In this document: in pieces, positions 14,279 through 31,477 of the stretch
How positions within the stretch are numbered: the first letter of the stretch is position 1
How the letters are laid out: the number at the start of each line of letters is the position of its first letter
Source: Bigelowiella natans CCMP2755
Taxonomy: Eukaryota; Protista; Cercozoa
Direction: 5' to 3'
Assembly (NCBI GenBank): GCA_000320545.1
Contig: ADNK01000436.1
Span: 1-64,000, forward strand
Length of the DNA: 64,000 nucleotides
Notes under the pieces: model-generated
What the model was told of the DNA's origin: nothing
The model's input: only the letters and a program-made list of their open reading frames with translations
Databases searched by the model: none
Translations under genes and position numbers: made by a program

Positions 14279-14334
14279 CTAGCTCATCTGCGCCAAACGT
14301 ATCACACTAGCTCATCTGCGTCAAACGCATCACA
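14279..14334 (+). repeat. 28-bp tandem duplication
   Basis: ctagctcatctgcgccaaacgtatcaca / ctagctcatctgcgtcaaacgcatcaca. Confidence 0.85.
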
Positions 14335-14470
14335 TCACCTGCATTGTTAAAGATTACATGCAGCTTGTGCTTACATGCATCACATGCATGTACAGCCATT
14401 GTTCCCCATTGTTAGGCGAACGCCTTGCAGATGTTTGCGCAAACAGGTGCGCGCACCGGTAGTCTAAGCA

Positions 14471-14501
<31 letters not shown>

Positions 14502-14898
14502 GTGCGGTACACGGATGGGTATAGGTATTGGTGCATATGCGATGCTTTGTACGCACAAAGCAACGCACGTGCATTGCGAAGCTCATTGCGTTGTTGCTGT
14601 CCTTCGTTCGTGACAAATGTGACTCCATTACGCATGCATGGCATGTGATGTACGAACGTGCGTACACACACAAACACACGCACGGTTCACTTTTCCAAAG
14701 CCATCTGGGTGCGCCTCATAGAATCTCCTCATATTGGGATATCCTGCTTGAAGTCACTGTTGGTAAGAGCTTCCGTTCCATTTTCACAGTCTCCTGTAAG
14801 CGCACAAGAACGGTATTCCAGCTCAGAAAATCATGCTTTAGGTAGGTCGTCCCGAGACTTGCTAGAGGGATCATCGCAGGACGCGGATGAGAAAGGGA

Positions 14899-14939
<41 letters not shown>

Positions 14940-15283
14940 GGGGAGTGGAGGGGAGAAAAACCTTGTCGGGAGAAGTTAGTTTTTTTCGAACCTATTCCGT
15001 TCAAGCTTGGCATCCTCGTCGGTGCGGCGTGCAGCTTCCGCTCTACATACAGCGTAGGGGTCTTGTAGCTCCAGATGGCTCTCCATCGCACGTACGGTTA
15101 TCGCCCCTGCTAACGCGCTCGCCCAGGCTGCGAGAAAAGAAATCATACATAGTAATCTCACTAGGTCACACACATCAGGTGAAGTTGTACACTAAGGTGC
15201 AGTGTGGACACAGTAAGAGAGCATATAGTTCATGGACAGCAGATCGGACGATATTTGTCAATATTTTAGATATACTATATATA

Positions 15284-15330
<47 letters not shown>

Positions 15331-15457
15331 CACGCACACGCATTTACCCCCGGTCGTACAGACACATAAATACGTTTATCCACGACATCCAAGTGTATTA
15401 TATTTCCATATGTGAACAGCTGTTCCATCAGTTACTATAATGACGGCTATCTCTTTG

Positions 15458-15494
<37 letters not shown>

Positions 15495-15565
15495 CTTCCC
15501 GGCCCCCTTCCTTCCTTTGCCATAGGTTATTGTACCACAAGATGGTAGTGCAGGTGAAAAATCAT

Positions 15566-15790
15566 TTAAAACAGCTCCAGTGAGATGTCGTAGCTTCGGT
15601 ACATATCTGTCTTAACTAAATTCGTTTCTCCTTCCCTCCTATGTCCCTCACCTCGTAGAAAGCTCTTTCTGGGTACATGCCCTCTCTCATCAGGATTCAA
15701 ACGCTGGAAAATCGTGTCGAATAGCTTCTCATCGCTCTGCAACAAACCACAACTTGTATTAAACACACACACACACACAAATATGTATAC

Positions 15791-15827
<37 letters not shown>

Positions 15828-16113
15828 AAGATATATGAATATATGTATGTGGTAGTATCGAAAGTTTCTCTGGAATTCGGTGCTTTGTTAGCCTTTCTCT
15901 CGCATATATTCACGATGAACAGGTGGGAGGGGAGTAGATCACTTTGTGCTTCAGATATCTTTGGTAGGATGCTTCTATCGTGGCCTTCTGCTTTTCACGG
16001 AGAATCACCTAAACAATTCATCAAGATGTGTTGTAGTAGTAGTAGTAGCAGCAGCAGCAGCAGAAGTAGTAGTAGTAGTAGTAGTGTTAGTGGAAGTCGT
16101 ATGCATGTGAAGT

Positions 16114-16148
<35 letters not shown>

Positions 16149-16246
16149 CATTAAACATGGAAGTGGCAATTCGAAAGACAATCATCCGTGAAAACGAATG
16201 CCTTGGCCATGAGAGACATTGCTCTTTGTAATCAATACTTACATAT

Positions 16247-16289
<43 letters not shown>

Positions 16290-16631
16290 GTATGAACGGT
16301 AGAAAAGACCTCTCAACGAAGATTACTTGCAAGTAAATAGTAAAATAATGATAATTAATCATCCTGCAACCTCAAACCAGTTTCGAGGTCGCAGAACAAC
16401 GATAGACGGCTGGATTCCAACGCCTCTAACACTTCCCCAAAATTCCCTCTCATTTTTTTTAAATCGTCGTGCCGCAAATCACCTGCAGCCATTTCCCGTA
16501 CTTCTCAATTTCTTCGGTTTTGAAAAACCCCATCTCGCGAGCGACGAAGGCCGAGCCCATCGCAATACCTTCGATATGTTCGTAGAAATATAAAAATGAA
16601 ACTTTACATATGTACATATATACCATAAATA

Positions 16632-16666
<35 letters not shown>

Positions 16667-17177
16667 ATATGTTATACTGTGGTGTTTCTCCTTCGCATTA
16701 CATACAAAAGCTGCACACTCGACAAACGCACAAAAAGCTTTTTTTGGTGTTGTTCCGCACCTTCGGCAATCAACCGGCGTCCATGCCTTTCAAATACGGC
16801 GAAATACCCTCGAAGCAGCTGACGGTGCTAGCACAAAAACCAATCGATGAAAGAGGAGAAGGACGATGAGGGAGGAGTAATGCGACTCGAGAAGAGAAAT
16901 GCACAACGAGCAACAAGATCAGCCTGCAGGTATTACGTTTGCTTTCTGGAAAGACCCGTCGGACTGATAAGTATCCCACAGCTCTCCGAGGGCCTATGTA
17001 TCAGCAATAACAGGTCAACACGCCATCACCCATCGATATCTTCCGTCCTTTGCTGCTGGTGTAAGAGGGAGAAGCTGAATCTCCTTGTATGGTGCGGTAT
17101 TGTGGATTATTCGAATCCGCAGCAGCGACTTGAAAGCGGCAGGTGGCAGCACTGTTGGTTTTGAATATTTATATATC

Positions 17178-17252
<75 letters not shown>

Positions 17253-17707
17253 CATATTTCTTACCCTGCCGTATGCTGCGGAGCAGGCTGAAGCGATCTC
17301 TTGATTTTCCAGGTCTCTCTCCGCGCTAGAAAGAAACGGCAGAGAGGACGAGAGAGGGAAGGGAGGGGAGAGAAAGACTACATCACTCGAAGATGTTGCT
17401 CAACGATGACGAAGAGTTGATGGAATTCACAAACAACAAGTACCGCGTCTGTGACTGCTACAAATCTACTAACACAATCTGTCTTTCTACCCATCTTTCC
17501 AAGTCTTATTTCGACTCTCCCCTCCCCTTGGCTACACGCTCCTACTACCACCTTTTATCCTCAAATTGACGGGTCTGCAGGAAAACGTTCCGCATATATT
17601 CGGTGTTGCACAATCTCTTTCGATTTTCCTGCGTAAATACCATACATTGTACAAATTCAAAAGGATGCACATATATTCACATACACACGTATCGACTCAC
17701 ATGCAAG

Positions 17708-17743
<36 letters not shown>

Positions 17744-18622
17744 TTCGGATTTGACTTAATGACAATCTTTGATATCAGTTAAGAATTCTACATAGTCTTT
17801 TTATTCCATAAAAGACTCTCGTACAAACATACTACCATAAACGCACACACACGCACATTCAGATTCAGAATTATAATATTCATAGGAATAAATATGAATG
17901 CGTACATAAATGTGTGCATACAAACATGTACTCTTTTCACATATACACCATGATATTTTATGGCTATAATTTTGAGTTTGCCTCCTGCCATTCCCCCTCC
18001 CTCTACATAACCATACCGAGATGGAGATGTCGAAAATTTGAAGAAATTTCGATTCCGCTGAGGATCCCCTGTGAGTGATGGTCATTTCAGTTCCATACAA
18101 CGCGCGCGCTCACGCGCAAACACGCACACACACACATACACATACACACGCACACACAAATTTATACGGACATGTGTACACATTCGTAGACACTCATGCA
18201 GGTCGGAGGCAGGCTTTCACATTGATTTCGCAAGCAAGACAAGTCAAAATATAGAGTAGAACTAAAGGAAAACATGTACCCCCCCCCCCCCCCGTCTTGC
18301 CCAGCAGACATTTTGCTATCGGAAGAACCTCTCAGGAATGGAGAGCGCAGAGAACGCGTTGTTTGCTACCCAGGAAGATCGCAGTAATGTTCGTTGGGAC
18401 TGAGCGCGCCTCTTCTGGAAGAACAAAGTGGTTGGTGAGTAACGACGATCAAAACTGTTGAGTACGACAACAACGGCTAGTAAACTCGATTAGCCTTGAA
18501 TGTATACGCGCTGCCATCTGTGCATAGGGCAATCGTATCTGAAACATCCAACCCCTCCCCTTCATCTTCTCCCCGCGGTTATTGAAAATGACCTTCTCGT
18601 CGTTATTCCGGTCGCATTCCAT
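15566..18622 (-). CDS. Hypothetical multi-exon protein with possible C-terminal EF-hand-like motif
   Basis: Exons that splice in frame: HRQLLRGYFAVFERHGRRLIAEG-IAMGSAFVAREMGFFKTEEIEKYGKWLQ-ALESSRLSLFCDLETGLR-AMSLMAKAFVF..-VILREKQKATIEASYQRYLKHK, then LFDTIFQRLNPDERGHVPRKSFLR. 5' end uncertain. Confidence 0.55.
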
Positions 18623-19090
18623 CTGCTCCAGCCATCCTTCCTCGATGTGAACCTGAATTGAATGATTCCGCAAATTGAAGAGAAACGCAATGATTGCAGC
18701 CGAATACCCTCAGGTTTTCGCTTTCCCATCGGTTGGAAAGGCAGCCGATCTGATTTTGCCCCATCCCGCTCCTCGCAGCCAAAGAACCACCACCTTTTAA
18801 ACAAGGATACTCGAGTGTAAGATGATCCTAAATTCTGCCATCGCCAGCCCAGACTGCAAGCCTCTCGCCCACACGCACATAACGCTACGCAACCTGAGGG
18901 AGGGGGGCGGTGTAGCAGGCAACGTTCGAATCCAGCGCTCGGTGCAAGTATCTTTCTCGTCCCCAGAGACCGGGGGCCGTTACGGCTAAATATGTGTGTT
19001 TTTGTTGCTGCGACAACGAAAAACAACGAGAATATCTTCGAATTCGGCAGTAGGCCTCCAGTGAACACGTCTCCCTGCTGAGCTTGCTCA

Positions 19091-19880
19091 GTGCTGACAA
19101 GTCCTCGCAATGATTTTTGTTGAGGCGCTGCTACGTGCTGCTATGACTAGCACATGCTTGTTTCCCATGTGGTTCTTGCGCATGCAGATTTGCATCAATG
19201 CTTCATTCAATGTTCAATGTTCAGGCAGGCACTGCGTTTCGTGCTTTCTAGCTAGCTTTGCAAGCTAGCAAGTGTCATGCAACACTTTGGAAGTGCAGTC
19301 GAGCATCTGTCACATCAAGAGTTTCTAGACCTGTGCTCCATCGATCGTGGAGTGCGATCCATCAGACCGCGGATTCGATGTCTTGGGAAATCTCGACCAG
19401 ACTCATCCCAACTGCCAAGCTCATTGACATGTGCATCGTGCTAGCGTGTCCCATGCCAGCATGATCCTTTCAACCGCTCCAATGAAATTGACATCACTTG
19501 TTTCCTTCCTGTTCCATCTCCACTGACTGCAGATGTCATCAATGCGCATTTCAATGCCCAATGCCAGAAGTGCAATGGTCTCGGGTGGAAAAGTCGGTGT
19601 CTGAGTCCGTTCCAATGAATGATCACCACCGCACAGCACCAACAGCAGCGAGCGCGCGCTGATAGCATCCGGCTCAGTGCCCTGTTTCCCCCAATGTGCC
19701 AGCACAGACTTCGTTTTCCAATTGCGCACTTTTTGGGCGCACGCACGGCGGTATTAGTGTCGTTTGTGAATGGAGACCAAATGTGCACCAAAGACTCATG
19801 TCAAGCAGCGATTGCGCTCGGACTCATCGTCTAGCGATGCATCATGTGTCATCACAAAATGTTGTTACCGCGCACTGAGG
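19091..19880. repeat. TpA-depleted intergenic island; first ~130 bp homologous to 12964-13082
   Basis: Surviving TA occurs mostly as CTAG; visible alignment gtgctgacaagtcct.gcaa.ga..ttgttgaggc.ctgct.cgtgc...cccatgtggttct.gcgca.gcag. Confidence 0.7.
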
Positions 19881-20009
19881 GCTATCATTTATCAGGGTGG
19901 GATTCTGAATTGTGAATTGACTATGTCAGAGTATATTTCGATTCAGCCAGCCCGCGAGCAAGAGGTGCACATTTGTGCATATATGTCTACATATCTCTGG
20001 ATTTAGCAT

Positions 20010-24502
<4,493 letters not shown>

Positions 24503-24738
24503 TCCCAGCCTCGGGCGCCGTGTGACCACTGAAAGAATGCCATACTTTTAATATACTGCGACATGCACTCTGACCTTTTGCGAAGGAAGAATCGCATGCG
24601 TACTTGCAGAGAAAGGGGAACGGCTTCCCGCAAAGGATAGGCGATGTCGTAGAGTGAAACCGGATAGGTTTTCGATGTTATCGCGTAAAACTACAGGAAT
24701 CCCTGCTAATCCCGGATATTCCCCCCTTCAGAACCACG

Positions 24739-25397
24739 ATGATGGGCTCCGAGGAGAGGTTGCACGCGGCGTCATCGACCAAGCGAGCCCGTTCCGCACC
24801 CCCCACCCCCACCCCCTCGAAGAGACATCGTGGCAAAAGGGAATTAGATACAGACCGTCATCTGACCGAAGGAAGCAAAGACGCTGGCAGCGGTACTCGA
24901 GCGGATGTACCGGTGCCGAGGAAGAGGATTGATAGTGCGGGACTCCAGCACCTCCCGCCGTATCTCATCCGGGTGCGACAAAGACAGATATCTTTTTTGA
25001 TAAAGTCCTTACACGTGCTTTATCTGCAACATTTATCCCTGCGATTGTTTGAACTTTCTTAGAAGATTCTCGAAGCTAGCGGCTCAATCATTGCCCTGGC
25101 AAACTACATGACGGTACATTCGATGGAAAAGAAATGAGACGCATGTTAATTCCTTTCAAATCTTTCTGTTATAAACTATCAGCATTCCACACGTTGTATT
25201 TTATTTACTGATCCGTCTTCCTTCATTCCCATGCTACACAGATTAGTCGGGCGATTCACAGATTGATAGCCCCTTCATTCTTCCAGTACGGCTTGAATGA
25301 GAGGAAGCTCTCTAGGAAACACGAATTGGGTTGTTGCACCAAACTTTATTTCCAATGGAGTTACCCTTGATGCTTGTATGCTTGTCGAAAATATTCT

Positions 25398-25438
<41 letters not shown>

Positions 25439-26487
25439 AATCCACGTTGGTAATCTATCCCCTGCATGCATGTGACGCAGCCAAACTGCGGCTGAAGGCG
25501 AATCTCCGCTACTGCCGCCTATGCGTAGAATCTCCATCCTTGTTCCGCGAGATTGGACGTCAAATCGCCATGAGCTCGAGGCACAAGATCTCCCGCCTTG
25601 ATCTCGCACACTGTAATAATGCGGCAAGGAGTAGTGCCTAGACACAACAATGAGAGTCAATGAACAACAATAAACAACAAAATGATAATGATGCGAGTCA
25701 ATAGAGAAATTCAAGCAGGGTGCAGGGGTGATTGGGTCTGCACGTCGCTGGAGACGACAATGATGATAGCGATAACCCCGAGGCAAATGACCTACAACAC
25801 GGCAAAATAGCCACCAAAGAATCATCATTGTCTTGTCCTCGCTCATCTTTTTGACTCTAAAACCGTTTTCGTAGGCGAAGCATACGAAGTTGATCTCAGA
25901 GCGATTGTTAGCAAGCATATTGGTACTCTCACCGCACTTGCTCTCCCAAGTAAAAAAGCTAGTAGCAGGACATCTTGCTCGTCGTTGTCTGCCGAATATC
26001 CCACGATCAGATTGAATTTGTTGCAATCATGGGGGGAGTTAATCCATAGAATTAGAAAGACCACTGGTGGACTATTTTCAATGTAATAAGCACCGATGGC
26101 ATTTTTTAAGTTCGTGACAGCCGTGTTGCCGGGTAGAATTTACTGGAGTTAATAGTTCAACTCCGTATATTGCTGCTTTTTTGAGAAGCGTGAGGGCCCC
26201 TTCTGTGTGCGGAGGAATAGTCGTCTTCCTACATAAAGATAAATAAATAAATTCTGTCTGTCTGCCTTCCATGCTGTAGCTGTGGTGCACGGGGGAGGCG
26301 ATGCAGCATCTTCAACATGGCAACGGTGAGAACACACGGAAATTGGAAGATGAGCGTATGTAAAAAAAGAAGAGAATTTTGTAGCCCTTGCGTTATCTCT
26401 TCAAAAAAACCACTCCCAGTTTGCGTATCTTTCGATCTCAAGCCGTTGCGGCTTTCTCTGAAAGAAAATATAAAAGCTACTGTATAC

Positions 26488-26530
<43 letters not shown>

Positions 26531-27748
26531 GATGCAGGTATGAGAAGCTATTCGATTATGGTAAAGCACCCTTATTACGCCGTCTTACTGTGACGAGGAC
26601 CTCCGGTGTGATATTTTGTTCGTAATGATGATGCTATGCACGTATCATCATCATCTTCACCATCATCTCAACATCATCTCATGATCGTTATCATCATCAT
26701 CGTCCTCACGATCATGCTCATAACTTATGCCGTTTGTGTTTCCACAGGACTGGCACGCATGGACGATATCTGTTTAGGCAAGATTATCGGCCCGAAATGT
26801 CCGAATCTACTGCATCTAGACATCTCTGGCAACCTCACAGCTAATGTGTGTGTGTGTGTGAGTGTGAGTGAGTGAGTGAGTGAGTGAGTGTGTGCACGCT
26901 CGCGCGCGCGCGTGTTTGCCCTAGTATGCGTGCGGCTATGTATAACAGCTGTTACTTTCGTTCTCTACTGCTATAAACTCACAATCGGTATTATATTACA
27001 CGAAACAAAGGCTCTCAAACTCATTGCGACGAACTTGCCACGACTGGCGTATCTTCGAGTGGAGGGGGACTTCAACATTACTATTCCAAAATCTCGCAGC
27101 AGCAGCAGCAACCACGATATTAACGAGGGAGGGGCGTCGATCCTTGCCGACTCAGGTGATATTAGGCGTAAAGATGAGGGAAAATGCGAAGAACGTGGGG
27201 GAACGTCGAGGATGATTATGATGATACAGATAGTACATTGAAGACTAATATTCTAAATACTACCAGAATTATTATCAAAAGTTGCTTTTCTTCTTCCCAT
27301 TTATCGTCGTCGTCGTCGTCGTCAGGGTTCGAGAGTCTGGGTGCTCTGAAAGAGCTGCGAGAGTTGCGTCTGATCTTCCATGCAAATTTTGTCACAGAGC
27401 AAGGGATACTCACAACACTCAAAAAGTACTAATACTACTGTTACTACTACTGCTACTACGAATACTACTACACAGCAGCAGCAGTAGTTGTAGAAGTAGT
27501 AGTAGTAGTAGTAGTAGTTGTTTTTAGGAGGGAAATAGCAATCTAGAGACCCCCCCCTCTCATCATTCGTATTGATGGTAGGAGAGCTAGTAGTAGTTGT
27601 AGATAGTAGTAGTAATAGTAGTAGTAGTAGTAGTAGTAGCAGTAGTGGTAGTGGTAGTGGTGCTGATGGCGAGCACCTTCCGATTTAACAAAAGGAAGAA
27701 ACTGATTTTCGTCAGAAACAGCAGCTTCATCTGTTCGTTCAGATATAC

Positions 27749-27782
<34 letters not shown>

Positions 27783-28061
27783 TAAACATGTATCTGATTC
27801 CATCCTCCCATGCTATCATCATTCAGACTGCACCTTCTAAGGAAGCTAGAGCTGCCATTCTCCTCATGTTTAACAGACGAGGTAGTAGGTCGTAGTAATA
27901 GAAGTACCCAGGAGGGGCGCGGGAAGGGTTGCTTGGGTGACCCGGAAAACAGCGATGAATGTAGTCTATCCTATGTGGCTCTGCTATCGCTGTGCCGCAC
28001 AATGGAAGCACGTCGTCGATGATGGAAGTCCTCGTAGTGTTGTTGTTGTTATTGTTTCCGC

Positions 28062-28098
<37 letters not shown>

Positions 28099-28460
28099 GA
28101 ACGCTTTCACGCCACACTACGCCATTTCAATTTAAACCCTTGTTGTTATGATGATGATATGGAAGATGATGATGATGATGATGAGGTTGCTAAAGAACAA
28201 GTAGAAGACTATTTGATCTACATGTACACATGAATTCGTGTGTATGAATTTGTGTGTCGTCGTATACGCCTACACAGGGTGCGAAGCAGCTAGGAGACTG
28301 TTGCCCGGATTTGGAACTCGTCGATCTGTACGTCTTGCGATCATAATTTTAACAATAAGAGTGATAAATAAAGAAGAAGAAGAACAACAAAATCGTTGGC
28401 AGCAAAATTGTTGCTCCGGTTCATTTCTTCATTCGTCTCAATATCTCTTCATCCCCCCCC

Positions 28461-28519
<59 letters not shown>

Positions 28520-28657
28520 AAACATACACACACCATATTAAACATCGCCATTCATGTTTCTACAGCTATGCATGCAAGCAGCTCTCCAACACAGGTAACT
28601 GCAGCTGGTGGTGGTAGGGGTAGGGGAACATATAGAATACGCACATATAAGCAAGCA

Positions 28658-28692
<35 letters not shown>

Positions 28693-29701
28693 ATGTTAAT
28701 TATCACAAACTAGGACTTGTCCAAATGGCGAATAATCTACCTCATCTCCGCTGCTTAAACGTTAAGAGGTGGTGTGTGAGGGATAATACACGAAGCAAAC
28801 AACACATTCAGAACCACCATCAAAACCATCCACATTCTCAAGAGGAGGAGGAGCAAGAGGAAGGGGGAAATTCTCGGGTGCTAGCACTGCCGGAAAAGGG
28901 ATGCTTTGCAGGATAGAGAGTCTTTAATATCTTGAAATAACCCAAAGCGTCAGCAACAGTAGATGACGATGATGATGACGATGCTCATATTCAAGCTTTG
29001 CTGCTGCTCCTCACGATAGTAATGATGATGACGATGATGTGGTGGTGGTTGCGTCAGATGCACACGGCTATCAAAACCGGGCGCTTTTGATGTCCTTGAT
29101 CACGGCAGCATTCAACACATTCAGGTTCGTAGACAACCGACGATTATGGCCATTAGGCTATTTAGTAGAGCTCCTTTTGCCTTTCTCTTTTTGTCTATCT
29201 CTCGCTCTCTTGCTCTATAACATTCACATCTCCCTCCACTCTCTCAGCTTCCTAATTTCGCTGGACTTCTGAGTGCTGACGTCATGCTACGGGTTGTCAG
29301 AGACACGAGGATGATGACTCCAACCACACCGATAGCGATAACAATAATAATAATAATGATGATGATGATGAAAACATCGATCATTTCAGTTCATATGGCT
29401 TTGCAAATATGTACACCCACACCAGACCACAAACACACAAGTATGATGGATGTGTCGTCTTTTATGTACTCGTTATCATTATTGTACACACACTGCGACT
29501 AATATCTGCTGCCTGCTACTCTTTTCCAGGTTGAACAGGCTGGCTTCACTCACGAAGGTGCAGGACGGCTTTTTGCCAGAAGCATTCAGATCCACAGATG
29601 GGGTAGGGGAAAGGCTTGGGCGAGGGCCAAGACGCTACATCCAACATCAGGATTGTTCCTCAGATGCTGCACTTGTAGGGGGGTGGGCCCATGCTAGCTA
29701 G
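24739..29701 (+). CDS. F-box/LRR (FBXL-like) protein, multi-exon
   Basis: F-box-like LQHLPPYLIR-KILE.. followed by cysteine-containing LRRs (ISRLDLAHC; IGPKCPNLLHLDISGN; IATNLPRLAYLRV; LKELRELRL; LRKLELPFSSCLTD; MANNLPHLRCLNV). Divergent from the HDAC gene. 3' end approximate. Confidence 0.7.
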
Positions 29702-31070
29702 CCGCTGGCTAATGCTCATCAGCAAGCGCATCATCTAATTAACGTATTGACAATGGCGATGATTCGCATAACGGATAGTGAGTTGCAGTGCGTGCAGCAA
29801 GAAAATCACTATGCAAGTCGAGTGCGAGCAGGCGCATGCGCATGCGTGAACGTGATATCTCAGCAGTTAATGTGCATGCGACACATGTCTGCCTCGTGAA
29901 TTGTGCAGCGAGTAGCACTACGTTTGATTGACAACCACTTTCGCTCTGCCATCATCCAATTGCTGGTCGGAATAGCGACCGGGAGCACGGTGCGCGCGTG
30001 CAGCTGTGCGGCAGCATGCATGATCCTCGCGCGTGCACAGATCTCCTTTTTTTTCATCACTACTTCCGCATCCATCTATCATCTAACTCATGGGAAACCC
30101 GATCATCTCACTACGAAACAAACACGGCGACTGGTACGATGCACTGGAAGTCGTCTTACTGCTACTAGGGCCATGCACAAATTTCTTTTGTCATTGCAAC
30201 TTTTCCATCATGCTCAGCCAAAGCTACTCTGCAGTGATCTCCCAGGAGGAAGAGTCTCTAGCTCTCCTTTCAGAACGAAGCCCCTGCATGTTCCACTCGA
30301 GGGAACGAAATTCGCACAATGGATGATGGTTTCCGCGACATATTGGAGTGCTTCGGAGCCTTCTTGTTTTCGTTTTTGCATCTCTTCCGAGGCCGCGGGC
30401 GGTTGTTTGATCTCTCGCTTAATCTCCCTTGTGTAGTTCGTCACAGTCGAGATCGCTTTGCGGACACCGACCAGTGAGTAGTCTCCGAAGTCCGATTGGG
30501 TAGCGAGATGTTCTTGGTAGCTCCTGCATGTGATTTGTTGAAAATGTGTGTTGCCCCCTCGGTAAGTGGGAGTAAGGGGCGAGAGTGCTTACAAGCTTGC
30601 AAGGGTGGGGGTGGTCCAGTATTTTTTGCACTGTTCCCACTCCACACAGTTTCCAAGAATGACCCCGTAGACATATCAGATCATCTGTCCGATGTACGAT
30701 GTTTCCGGGTCGGTTGTGATCTCTTAGCTCGGTGGAGTTGAGGAGTTAGGCTTGAGAGGGGGTAGGAAGAAAAGGAGGGGTTGTGGCACGGGATAATGGC
30801 TTTAGCCGAGGGCTACAGGATTTCTGGGAGAGATTGAACATCGAACATTGACTTTGAAATTGAAAATGTTCATTGGCATCAGAAACGTCATGCGACATCT
30901 TGAAAAAAGGCATCTTTATGATTGATTTCAGCATAGTACTCCTTATTAGTCGATAAAGTGAAGGCTACATCGAATCGATTTTATTGTCGCACCTTGCAAA
31001 ATACATGCATTACAGACTTCATCCTGCAAAAACCGGCCAACACCCACACGCGCCCAGTTTGTCTCATTCA

Positions 31071-31130
31071 TGGATTTCAATGGATTTCAATGGATTTCAA
31101 TGGATTTTCAATGGATTTCCTGGATTTCAT
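31071..31130 (+). repeat. Short tandem repeat of (tggatttcaa), about 5-6 copies
   Basis: tggatttcaa tggatttcaa tggatttcaa tggattttcaa tggatttcc tggatttca. Confidence 0.85.
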
Positions 31131-31477
31131 GCCTTCATGAAAAGCGACATTAGTTTTTGTCAAGTTTTTTTCAAATAATGTCTTAAAACAGAAGAAATAA
31201 ATGCCCAGCATTTCCCAGATTTCAGGATTCCGGTTTTCATGTGTCCGGATTCCGTAGTTCAACATCTGGACCGAGAAAATGATAAATTTCGATAAATCCA
31301 GGATATTCTTGTTATTTTTCGGATGCGTCATGATAAAAGAGTTGACGTTCGTTGTGATTCGCAAACTCCACAATAGTGTCGCCACTTACGACGGTGTCGT
31401 AGGGAATTTAGAAATAACCTTAATAATTGTACTCGTGTCGCATAGGGGGAGAGGAAGGGGGAGAGGAAGGGGGAGAG

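Larger units (their letters stand above)
12430..14400. repeat. TpA-depleted intergenic island (degenerate repeat/coding remnant)
   Basis: By eye only 2 TA dinucleotides in 12601-13320 while CG is frequent. Shares ~120 bp with 19091-19223 and contains broken ORFs. Confidence 0.7.

Noticed and set aside
12430-14400. CpG-methylation decay or fungal RIP as the cause of TG/CA enrichment
   Set aside because: CpG is retained and TpA is lost; RIP would increase TpA and 5mC decay would deplete CpG.
31071-31130. CRISPR-like or iteron array
   Set aside because: Head-to-tail 10-mers without spacers in a eukaryotic context.
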